DNA of 64,000 nt, taken from contig OZ257134.1 in NCBI GenBank assembly GCA_965279065.1, forward strand, positions 3,960,294 through 4,024,293. The letters are read 5' to 3'. Position numbers and translations under genes: made by a program. Below the pieces are notes generated by a model, which was given only the letters and a program-made list of their open reading frames with translations, was not told the DNA's origin and did not search any database. Positions 20,173-28,333 of this stretch are shown here, piece after piece (the first letter of the stretch is position 1; every line of letters starts with the position of its first letter). The DNA is from Hyphomicrobiaceae bacterium. Lineage in GTDB: Bacteria > Pseudomonadota > Alphaproteobacteria > Rhizobiales > Hyphomicrobiaceae.

Positions 20173-20199
20173 GCCCGCGGCTTTCCCCCAGCCGCGGGC
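20173..20199 (-). terminator. GC-rich hairpin downstream of the nuclease gene (possibly bidirectional terminator)
   Basis: GCCCGCGGCT-ttccccc-AGCCGCGGGC. A T-run follows on the + strand and a weaker CTCTTT follows on the - strand. Confidence 0.4.
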
Positions 20200-20224
20200 A
20201 TTTTATTTGTCCTAACGGCTGGAA

Positions 20225-21688
20225 TTAGAGCGCCGCCAGCCGCCAGCCCGCGGCCTTCGCTTCCTGTTCGCTGCAGAACCAGCGTTCGCCCCGATTCTCG
20301 CGAACCCGCACGCGCTCGTAGCTGGGTGACCACGGCAACACGTAGGTGCGCGATCCGCGCGCCACGCTGCCTTTGATCGGGCAGCCCTGCGGTGCATCGC
20401 GCTTGGCCTCCTCCCAGCGTTTGGCGCGGAATTCCGCCGGCCGCTCCACTTCCTCGCCTTGCCAGATGCCGGCCCGTGCTGTTCGCGCCTCGCCCTCTTC
20501 CGAGCCGTAGCGCGAAAAGAACCCCATCATGGCGAAGACGTGCCCGCCACGCACCAACTCTGCGGCGATGTCCTTCTCGCCGCTTACACATGAGGCGAGA
20601 CGGAAGCCGCTATCGTCGGTGCCGGCTAGCTTGCACACGATCGGCTGAGAGCGAATGAGCCGCGCCAGTGCATCGCGTGCCGCCTCGCCGCAACGCCGGC
20701 TGCGATCGCCGGAACCGCATCGCTGGTCTCTTTCGGGCGCCTCGACCCCGGCCAATTTCACCGTAGTGCCCGAGATTTTCACGAGATCGCCCGCCATCGC
20801 GCTGCCGCGCCCCTTGAGATCGGGAAGGCGCGTGACTTCGACCTTCGGTACGCCGTCGTCGGCCTCAATCGTTCGGCTCGTCGCCGTGGCCATCTGCGGG
20901 CGCCCTTCGGGGCGTGATAGAAACCAATACCCCGATGCCGCCACGGCGAGAACCGCCGCGAACACTCCGGCCGCCGCCATCGGTGAGACGCGGTTCAGCC
21001 CCGGCAACCGGCCGATGATGCCAGTCAGCGCCGCCAGAGGTCTCGGCATGTCGCCCACGGCGGCCCTGGGCAGTATCGTCAAGAGCGACGCAACCAGCGC
21101 AATCGTTCCCGCGACGGCCACATCATGGTCGAAGCCGACGTAGTACCAGCGGAACGCCGCACCCGCTCCCACGACCAGCGCCACAATCATCAGCGGCATG
21201 GCAATCGAAGGCCGCAGCAATGCCTGGATGGCTGGCTCGAGCCGATCGATCGTGCCATCGCGCGCGCGCAGCAGATGCGGCCTCGCCGCCGCGCCCGCTC
21301 GCCGTGCGCCGGCGGCGGACGCTCGGCCAAGAGCCGCACCACCCGCGTAAAGCCCATCGCGCGATGCCCGTGCGGCAGCCGCCGCGCCCCGCCCTACGGC
21401 ACTCCCGAATGATGCCCCGCCGCGACCGACCGCCGATCCAAGGGCCACGCCGCCCCGGCCGACCGCACCGGCGGCCGCCTTGCTGGCGCGACCCGCTACG
21501 CCTAACCCGGCCGCGCTCGCTTCGACGCCCTTCTGCCCCGCATGTTTCACGCCGAAGATTGCCGCCTGCTTGGCCTCCTCGACCTTCTGCCGCCGCTCGT
21601 TACGTCGCACCAGGATCGTCGTGCGCACGTACTCGCGCCACTCGAAATTGTCTGCCCGCTTGCGCCACCACCACCGCATTCGTCTCAT
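20225..21688 (-). CDS. Membrane-anchored thermonuclease (SNase-like) protein with C-terminal Cys-rich tail
   Basis: SNase-like core (VKLAGVEAPERDQ...AAELVRGGHV...ARTARAGIW). C-terminal GCPIKG...YVLPWSPSY...GERWFCSEQEAKAAGWR motif. Gly/Ala-rich repeats and TM helices sit N-terminally. Confidence 0.75.
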   Translation of the reverse strand: MRRMRWWWRKRADNFEWREYVRTTILVRRNERRQKVEEAKQAAIFGVKHAGQKGVEASAAGLGVAGRASKAAAGAVGRGGVALGSAVGRGGASFGSAVGRGAAAAARASRDGLYAGGAALGRASAAGARRAGAAARPHLLRARDGTIDRLEPAIQALLRPSIAMPLMIVALVVGAGAAFRWYYVGFDHDVAVAGTIALVASLLTILPRAAVGDMPRPLAALTGIIGRLPGLNRVSPMAAAGVFAAVLAVAASGYWFLSRPEGRPQMATATSRTIEADDGVPKVEVTRLPDLKGRGSAMAGDLVKISGTTVKLAGVEAPERDQRCGSGDRSRRCGEAARDALARLIRSQPIVCKLAGTDDSGFRLASCVSGEKDIAAELVRGGHVFAMMGFFSRYGSEEGEARTARAGIWQGEEVERPAEFRAKRWEEAKRDAPQGCPIKGSVARGSRTYVLPWSPSYERVRVRENRGERWFCSEQEAKAAGWRLAAL

Positions 21689-21900
21689 CCGCCCTTGAAG
21701 CCATGGATTGGCCGTCTGCTACCGCGACGTCCCGCCGCGCCACCCGCGGACGCTGTCGCAATCAGTCGTTTGCGCCACTTTTTGCCCCAAACATGGCAGC
21801 GCTTGGGCTTGCGCACGGGATATGTGTGTCTTCCATCGGGGGGTGTGGCTGAGTTAGTGTCGCCGAAAGCGAACAGATCGTTCAAAACGAAGGACTTCAC

Positions 21901-22440
21901 ATGACGCGCCACGCCGTACGCCTGCCCACCGTTCTTGCCGCTCTCTCCCTCTTATCGTCGGTTGTGTTCGCGGGTCCGGTCACGTTGTCGAAGGATCAGG
22001 GCCCCGCCAGCGCTTGTGACGTCCACGCCAAGAACAGCGTCGCCTGGACCGCCTGCATCAGTCAGGCCAAGGCCGGCACCTCCAGCGCCGACCTGTTCTA
22101 CGCCGGCTATTGGCTCGCCCGCACCGGCCAGTACCAGGAAGCGCTCGGCTATCTCACCCTGGCCGACAAGTCCGACCCGCGCGTCGTCACCTATATCGGC
22201 TTTGCCACCCGCAAGCTCGGCGACGTCGACGCCGCCCTGCCGTTCTACCAGCGCGCTCTGCAGCTCAATCCCAACTACTCCGTCGCCCGCGCCTACATGG
22301 GCGAGGCCTTCCTGCAGAAGAACGAGCCGGCCAAGGCCAAGGCGGAACTGGCCGAAATCGCCACCCGTTGCGGCACAGGCTGCGCCGAATACCTCGACCT
22401 GGCGAACCACATCTCCGACTTCGAGAAGAAGGCGGGCTAG
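21901..22440 (+). CDS. Secreted TPR-repeat protein
   Basis: Signal peptide, then TPR-like helices (ALPFYQRALQLNPNYSVARAYMGEAFLQKNEPAKAKAEL). Confidence 0.75.
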   Translation: MTRHAVRLPTVLAALSLLSSVVFAGPVTLSKDQGPASACDVHAKNSVAWTACISQAKAGTSSADLFYAGYWLARTGQYQEALGYLTLADKSDPRVVTYIGFATRKLGDVDAALPFYQRALQLNPNYSVARAYMGEAFLQKNEPAKAKAELAEIATRCGTGCAEYLDLANHISDFEKKAG

Positions 22441-22913
22441 GCGGCCGCCTTGCGTTTCCCGCTGCCTGGCTTGGGATCCTGAGCGTCGACTTGTACCGCG
22501 CCATACTCGGTCTCGATGTAGCGCCGCGCGGCGATCGCAAGGATGTCCGACCGGCTCGTTCCCGCGATATCCGCGACCTTGTCCAGTGCAGCGATCAGCG
22601 ACGGTTCGAGCGTGACGTTCACCCTGCGCTTCGTATCGGCGTAGAGCAGCGGCACGGCCATCAGGAAACCGTTGCCGCTGGAGAAATCCTGCCGCACGTC
22701 GGTGTCGGCCATCAACTGTTCGAGCGATCGCGCAGGCGGTAAAGCATTTCCATCCTGAACCAGATCTTCGACGTAAAGTCGCAGCGAGAGGCGCGCGTTC
22801 TCGAGCACTTCGTCCTGGCTGTCCCCCGCCGCATAGCAGCCAGGGAGATCGGGAAAGTACACGCCGTAAGAACTGTCGTCGTCCTTCTGGACGATCATAA
22901 AGTAGCTGCTCAT
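22437..22913 (-). CDS. hicB: HicB-family antitoxin with C-terminal ribbon-helix-helix
   Basis: FMIVQKDDDSSYGVYFPDLPGCYAAGDSQDEVLENARLSLRLYVE (HicB fold) plus the RHH-like RVNVTLEPSLIAALDKVA. Sits directly downstream of hicA. Confidence 0.85.
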   Translation of the reverse strand: MSSYFMIVQKDDDSSYGVYFPDLPGCYAAGDSQDEVLENARLSLRLYVEDLVQDGNALPPARSLEQLMADTDVRQDFSSGNGFLMAVPLLYADTKRRVNVTLEPSLIAALDKVADIAGTSRSDILAIAARRYIETEYGAVQVDAQDPKPGSGKRKAAA

Positions 22914-22920
22914 ATTCGCC

Positions 22921-23121
22921 TCATAACCATCCAGCGTCTCTGTGAATGCGTCTCGCGGTCCCGATTGGAAGATCTCTGGACGGGTGCACCACGACGACCG
23001 GGTGGCCGACTTTGGGATGCTTGAAAATGTGGTGGCTGCCGTTGACCCGGTCTTCGACCCAGCCTTCACTCAGCAGACGTTTAATGATCTTCCGACTGTT
23101 CCGTTCAACAACTGTAGCCAT
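22921..23121 (-). CDS. hicA: HicA-family mRNA interferase toxin
   Basis: 66 aa: SRKIIKRLLSEGWVEDRVNGSHHIFKHP...VVVHPSRDLPIGTARRIHRDAGW. Start at the internal ATG 23121. Confidence 0.85.
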   Translation of the reverse strand: MATVVERNSRKIIKRLLSEGWVEDRVNGSHHIFKHPKVGHPVVVVHPSRDLPIGTARRIHRDAGWL

Positions 23122-23157
23122 AAATATACACACCAACCAGCGATTGCAACAAAATAG

Positions 23158-23177
23158 TTGTGTATTGACATACACAA
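23158..23177. promoter_or_regulatory. Perfect 8-4-8 inverted repeat upstream of hicA (candidate HicB operator)
   Basis: TTGTGTAT-tgac-ATACACAA, 37-56 bp upstream of the hicA start. An extra half-site-like ATACACAC lies at 23126-23133. Confidence 0.5.
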
Positions 23178-23253
23178 CCTAATGGCAGTGCTGGTTATTC
23201 TACTCAGCTTGCTGAAGATTGGGGCGACCTACGGAAATATCCGTCACGCAGAG

Positions 23254-25611
23254 CTAGCGCAGCGCGCCCTGCGGGTTCCACAGGCGGACGACACCGTCAT
23301 CGCCGGCCGAGGCGATGCGCAGACCGTCGGGCGAGAATTGAGCGGACGTGACGCCGCCGCCGTTACCGGTCAACGTGCGCGAGGTCCGGCCCCGCCGCAC
23401 ATCCCAGATGCGCACCAATCCGTCTTCACCGGCCGACACCAAGCGATCGCCAGAAGGCGCGAACGCCAGCGACGCGATCCTGCCCTTGTGGCCGTTGAGG
23501 CTGCGGTACATGCCGCGCGATGCCGTCGACCACAGCCGGATGCTGCCGTCCAGCCCCGCCGACGCCAGCATGCGCCCGTTCGGCGAGAACGCCAGCGCCG
23601 TCACGAAATCGCGATGCCCGCGATAGCGCCTCACCTGATCCATGCTGTCGAGGTTCCACAGCTTCACGGTCTTGTCGGCCCCGCCGGTCGCCAGCATCGG
23701 CCCGTTCGCCGAGGCAAAGAACGCCACCGCCTGCGCCGCGTTGTCATGCGCGTCCAGCACATGCACCGGCGTGCTGGGATTGGCCGCATCCCATAGCGTT
23801 ACCTTCCAGTCGTGGCTCGACGCCGCCACGCGGTTCGGCGAGCCCGCGAACGTGACGGACCACACCTCCGCGTCGTTGCGCTTGAACTGCGCGACCTTCT
23901 CCGCCTTGTCGTAATCCCAGATCACCACGGCACCGTCCACATGCCCGGTTACCGCCCGCGATCCCGCGAGCGCTAGTGAGACTGCCGCGCCGTCATCGAG
24001 CTCGATCGTACGCACCAATGTCGACGACGACGCGTTCCACACTTTGAGCGTGCCGTCCTTGCCCGCCGTGACCAGCACGCGCCCGTCGTCCGAATAAGCC
24101 AGCGCCGTCACGCCGCCGGGATGGCCCTGGAACTGCCCGGCGAGAATCGGCTCGACATCCTGCTGGCTCGACGTCGTCGCCGCCCCGCGACTTTCCACAC
24201 GCGGCAGCTTGTCCTGCATGGCAACCGCGCCGCTGGCGACACCGACGCCAACGAGCAGCTTGAACAGCAATGGCCGCCAGCTCCGCCCCGTGCCCGCAAT
24301 TCTGCGCGGCGCGGGCGGCTTTGCCTTCACCTTGGTTTTCGGCTTGCGGGCGCGGGGCGGAGATTTCGCCTTGACGCGCCGTGACAGCAGCGCCGGCAAC
24401 CGCGGTAGCCTTGGCGGTGGCGTCGGCTCGTCCAGCTTGACGGTGGCCGCCAGCGCCGGCTTGGCACCGCCCGCCCGTCCGCCACCCGGCTTGGCGGCGG
24501 ACGCGGCCGTTTCCTTGACGGCCGACTTGGCAACGGGCGTCGCGGTCTCGGCGGGCTTCTTCAGCCCTTCCAGGAAATCGAGCATGCCGCCCTGGGGGCC
24601 GGGCGCGTCAGGTAGCGGTGGCAGATGCGCAGGACCGGTGATGGCCACAGTTTTCGCCAAGGCCGCAGCAGGCCGGGCTGCACCGCGGCCGCGCGACCGT
24701 TCCATCGTGCGCTGCAGCCAGCTGGGCTTTGCCGCCTCCGGTGCCAGCAATTCGCCGCGCCACGCCGCGATCGACTGCGGTCGGCCTTCGATCGGCAGCG
24801 CCAGCGCCTTGTCGATCGCCTTCAGGAAGCGAGGCCGGTAGGCGCTCAGCGCCACTTCGCCGGCCGGCACGTATTCGTCCTTGACCATCCGCGAGGGTGC
24901 ATCGGGCGGCCGCTTGCCGGTGATGGCGTGATACAGCGTCGATCCGAGCGCGTAGATATCCGTCCACGGCCCCTGCTGGCGGCTGGTCTCGGCATATTGC
25001 TCATACGGGCTGTAGCCCGGCTTCACCAGCGCCGACACCGTCTTCGACGCCGAGGCGATCTCGCCGCGCGCCGAACCGAAGTCGATCAGCACCGGCGCGC
25101 CATCCTTGCGGATGATGATGTTGTCCGGCGCGATGTCGCGATGCAGGAAATCTGCCTTGTGGATAAGTTCCAGAGCATCGAGCAGCGGCCCGACGATGGC
25201 GTCGAGTTCCTTCTGCCGCGGCGCCCGCCCCAGCCCCTTCAGCCAGCCCTTGAGGCTTTGCCCTTCCTCGAAGTGCAACACCATGTAGCCGGTGTTGTTC
25301 GCCCGGAAGTAGCGGTACACCCGCACGATGTTGGGATGATTGAACTTTGCCAGCGTCTGCGCTTCTTCGATGAAGCGATCGAGCCCCCAGCGATAGTCAC
25401 CCGAGCAGCCTTCCGAGCGCGGCGCGGCATCGCCTTCGCCGGCACGCGCGGCGAAATCCGACGGGAAGTACTCCTTGATGGTGACGGAACGGCCGAGCGC
25501 AATCTCGTCGGCCAGATAGGTAATACCGAACCCTCCCGCGCCGAGCACGCGCTCGATGCGGTAATCGCCAACCAGCTCTGTGCCGCCCTGTAGCGCTATG
25601 AGGTTGGTCAT
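23254..25611 (-). CDS. Receptor-type Ser/Thr protein kinase with one TM segment and a C-terminal seven-blade WD40 propeller
   Basis: Hanks kinase motifs (GAGGFGITY, IKEYFP, HRDIAPDNIII, DFGSAR). Hydrophobic segment PLLFKLLVGVGVASGAVAM at about aa 446-465. Seven WD40-like units follow (e.g. GHRDFVTALAFSPNGRMLASAGLDGSIRLW). Confidence 0.9.
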   Translation of the reverse strand: MTNLIALQGGTELVGDYRIERVLGAGGFGITYLADEIALGRSVTIKEYFPSDFAARAGEGDAAPRSEGCSGDYRWGLDRFIEEAQTLAKFNHPNIVRVYRYFRANNTGYMVLHFEEGQSLKGWLKGLGRAPRQKELDAIVGPLLDALELIHKADFLHRDIAPDNIIIRKDGAPVLIDFGSARGEIASASKTVSALVKPGYSPYEQYAETSRQQGPWTDIYALGSTLYHAITGKRPPDAPSRMVKDEYVPAGEVALSAYRPRFLKAIDKALALPIEGRPQSIAAWRGELLAPEAAKPSWLQRTMERSRGRGAARPAAALAKTVAITGPAHLPPLPDAPGPQGGMLDFLEGLKKPAETATPVAKSAVKETAASAAKPGGGRAGGAKPALAATVKLDEPTPPPRLPRLPALLSRRVKAKSPPRARKPKTKVKAKPPAPRRIAGTGRSWRPLLFKLLVGVGVASGAVAMQDKLPRVESRGAATTSSQQDVEPILAGQFQGHPGGVTALAYSDDGRVLVTAGKDGTLKVWNASSSTLVRTIELDDGAAVSLALAGSRAVTGHVDGAVVIWDYDKAEKVAQFKRNDAEVWSVTFAGSPNRVAASSHDWKVTLWDAANPSTPVHVLDAHDNAAQAVAFFASANGPMLATGGADKTVKLWNLDSMDQVRRYRGHRDFVTALAFSPNGRMLASAGLDGSIRLWSTASRGMYRSLNGHKGRIASLAFAPSGDRLVSAGEDGLVRIWDVRRGRTSRTLTGNGGGVTSAQFSPDGLRIASAGDDGVVRLWNPQGALR

Positions 25612-25865
25612 GTCGTCCGTGCGATCACGCTCGCACGGTATCCCGAAGGACCACGTGCCCGTGGATGAACCCGAGAAGGCGCGCCTCGTCGATTCGCCGC
25701 ATCAAGAATCGATCTTGCCCTCGGCCTTATGAAGCAGGATTGTGGCAGCGGCGCGAGCATTGAATCGACGGCAAGGCGATCTGCCGTCAGACTGACGGCA
25801 CGCTGTCCACAACGCGTGCGACGAGCTCACGCCGGCGGGGGAAACACGATGACAGTGCAATCACA

Positions 25866-26483
25866 ATGCTTTCGCGGCTGACACTACCCGCTGCAGCTGC
25901 AGCATCGATCGCCGCATATGTTGGCAATGCGCAGGCCGCCACGCCCGCAACGATCTCCAGCACCTGGACCTCGGTGCTGGATTTGATCGCAACCACGTAT
26001 GAGCGCGCCCCCGCCCTGGTTCTCGGTCTGGCGGTCTTGCTGGCCCTGCCGCCGCTGGCCTTGTTGAGCGTTGCGCTTCGTCGCGTCCCCATGACGGAAC
26101 ACGCTGATGCGACGAGAGTTTATCGGCGCAGTGGCCGCGGGCGTTTGAAGGAAGCAGAGCCGGAATCCGAAGGCGGGCCTCTATGGCCGTCGGATGCCTG
26201 GGTGCAGTTTGCCGATGGTCAGCGCCATCCCGTGGGCAGCACGGTGCTGCGGATTGGCCGCGACGCCGACAACGACATCTGCTTGGATGACAAGACGGTT
26301 CACCGCTATCATGCCGCCATCCACCGCACCGACGATGCCGCGTACGTCATCACCGACTTGTCCAGCGCCGACGGCAACGGCATCCTCGTCAACGGCATAA
26401 GAATTCAGGAATTTCCGCTCAACGATGGCGATAGGATCGAACTCGGCCAGACCAAGCTCATGTTCGTGTCGCGCCCGGCATGA
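25866..26483 (+). CDS. FHA-domain protein with N-terminal hydrophobic segment
   Basis: C-terminal FHA core (VLRIGRDADNDICLDDKTVHRYHAAIHRTDDAAYVITDLSSADGNGILVNG...GDRIELG). TM-like ALVLGLAVLLALPPLALLSVAL. The start is uncertain. Confidence 0.8.
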   Translation: MLSRLTLPAAAAASIAAYVGNAQAATPATISSTWTSVLDLIATTYERAPALVLGLAVLLALPPLALLSVALRRVPMTEHADATRVYRRSGRGRLKEAEPESEGGPLWPSDAWVQFADGQRHPVGSTVLRIGRDADNDICLDDKTVHRYHAAIHRTDDAAYVITDLSSADGNGILVNGIRIQEFPLNDGDRIELGQTKLMFVSRPA

Positions 26484-26564
26484 AATTTAGTCCGCCAGGC
26501 CTGTGGCTCAAGTCCTGCCCGAATCAGCAAGTATCGTCACAGCCGAGCGCCATAGGAGGATAGC

Positions 26565-27341
26565 ATGACAGAGGAAAAGGCGGGCCAGCCTGCACGCGCC
26601 GGTCGCTTTCTCGGCTCGTTGAAGGACGCACTCGTTGCAGCCAGCCGCGACGATACCCAGCCCGCACCCGCTGGGCCTGCCGCGCCAGCGCCGGCCGCGA
26701 AGATGCTCGCACCTCCGGGCGCACCAGAAGCGGCGGAAGGCGCAGATCCCGCCCAGCAGCAGAGTCCGAGCGCCGCAGAGGCGGCCCGCCAAGTGCGCGG
26801 CGCCTCTACGCCTCTGGAGCAGCGCCATGTCGAGATCGATTCACCCCCGACGACGCGCGTCCTGCGCTCGCCGCGCAAGGAGGCTGCGGCCGTGGCAGAG
26901 GACGATGACGTAACGGCTCCGGCGCGTACGCAACTCGTACGCGGGCGCGCACGTGTCGAACGCGGCGAATTCAATCAGGATCCCGTGGTCGGCTGGCTCG
27001 TAATCGTCGGCGGTCCAGGCATCGGCAACTACCGTCCGATCTTCGAGGGCAACAACACGCTTGGCCGCAGCGACAAGAACCGTGTTCCGATCGACTTCGG
27101 TGACGACGCCATTTCCTCGGAAGAACAGGCCTACATACGCTACGACAGTTCGGATCGCTCGTTCCTCTTCGTTCCCAACCTGGCCAAGACCAACGTCGTC
27201 TCGCTCAACGCCAAGCGGCCGACGGGCGCGGTCGAGTTGGCACAGATGGACGTCATCACCATGGGTCGCACGCAGCTCGTCTTCGTGCCGTTCTGCGGGC
27301 CGGAGTTCGATTGGTCGGCCCTGGCCGAAGTCAAAAGCTAA
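26565..27341 (+). CDS. FHA-domain protein with disordered Pro/Ala-rich N-terminus
   Basis: C-terminal FHA-like core (NTLGRSDKNRVPIDFGDDAISSEEQAYIRYDSSDRSFLFVPNLAKTNVVSLNAKR...MDVITMGRTQLVF). Confidence 0.8.
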   Translation: MTEEKAGQPARAGRFLGSLKDALVAASRDDTQPAPAGPAAPAPAAKMLAPPGAPEAAEGADPAQQQSPSAAEAARQVRGASTPLEQRHVEIDSPPTTRVLRSPRKEAAAVAEDDDVTAPARTQLVRGRARVERGEFNQDPVVGWLVIVGGPGIGNYRPIFEGNNTLGRSDKNRVPIDFGDDAISSEEQAYIRYDSSDRSFLFVPNLAKTNVVSLNAKRPTGAVELAQMDVITMGRTQLVFVPFCGPEFDWSALAEVKS

Positions 27342-27347
27342 GGCGCA

Positions 27348-28160
27348 ATGCACGCGTTCGATCACGCCAGCCGCGCCACACGGGGCGCGCGCAATTATCA
27401 GGAAGACACGGCTCTGGTCTGGCCGGGTGCGGATGCGTCCGTGCCCGAGCAACCGGCTGCCGCCGCCACCAACGGCTCGGCCGCGCCGCTGGTCGCCGTG
27501 CTGGCTGACGGTATGGGCGGCCACGCCGGCGGCGCTCTGGCGAGCCGCATGGCCTGCGAAAATTTCATCAAGAGCTATGCCGCGACCGAGCTTCCAAAGA
27601 AGGAACGCCTCGTCGAAGCCTTGCGCGCCGCCAACGACGCCATCGCGGCCACCGTCTCGACCAACCCTATGCTGACCGGGATGGGCTCCACGCTTATCGG
27701 CGTCGTCTTCAGCAAGGAGGGCGTCGAGTGGGTCAGCGTCGGCGATAGCCCGCTGCTGCTCTACCGCCGTGGCGAGATCGCCATGCTCAACGAGGATCAC
27801 TCGCTGGCGCCGGAACTCGATCGCATGGCCGCTGCCGGCAAGATCACCGCGGAGGAAGCGCGCAAGGATCCGCGCCGCCACATGCTGCGCTCCGCCGTCA
27901 CGGGGGAGGACATCGATATGGTCGATCTCTCGCGCATGCCGCTGCAGGTGGAACCGGGCGATTACATCATTCTCGCCAGCGACGGCCTGCAGACGTTGGA
28001 GACGAGTGAGATCGAACGTGTCGTCGCGGCTTACGCCGCGGACGGCCCGCAGGCCGTAGCCAACGCCCTCATCCGTGCTGTCGAGGCCGTCCGCGATCCC
28101 CACCAGGACAACGCCACGGTCGTCGCCGTCCGCGCGCTGGAGACCCCGGCAGGCGCCTAG
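27348..28160 (+). CDS. PP2C-family Ser/Thr phosphatase
   Basis: RGARNYQEDTA...LADGMGGHAGGALAS...ILASDGL...DNATVVAV motifs. Starts 6 nt after the preceding FHA gene. Confidence 0.88.
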   Translation: MHAFDHASRATRGARNYQEDTALVWPGADASVPEQPAAAATNGSAAPLVAVLADGMGGHAGGALASRMACENFIKSYAATELPKKERLVEALRAANDAIAATVSTNPMLTGMGSTLIGVVFSKEGVEWVSVGDSPLLLYRRGEIAMLNEDHSLAPELDRMAAAGKITAEEARKDPRRHMLRSAVTGEDIDMVDLSRMPLQVEPGDYIILASDGLQTLETSEIERVVAAYAADGPQAVANALIRAVEAVRDPHQDNATVVAVRALETPAGA

Positions 28161-28333
28161 GATGCAGCGGACAGAACGTGGCGCCCGTTTCGTCCTTCGA
28201 TGAACGCGCGCAGCGGTGCGCGTTGTCCCGGTACGAAGTATTCGCATCCAGAGCAAACCGGAAAACTCAGCCTCATTCTCCACCCATTCGCGGGTAGACT
28301 ACTGATTCTCACCAACAATCACGCAGGAACGAC

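Noticed and set aside
21361-21480. Short tandem repeats at DNA level, checked as a possible CRISPR or VNTR
   Set aside because: They are imperfect ~30-nt repeats inside the nuclease ORF that encode the repeat AVGRG(G/A). There is no spacer/repeat architecture. It is a low-complexity coding repeat.
23254-28160. Interpretation of the kinase/FHA/PP2C locus as a type VI secretion threonine-phosphorylation switch
   Set aside because: No T6SS structural genes (tssB/C, hcp, vgrG, tssM, clpV) are present anywhere in the window, so the T6SS assignment is unsupported.
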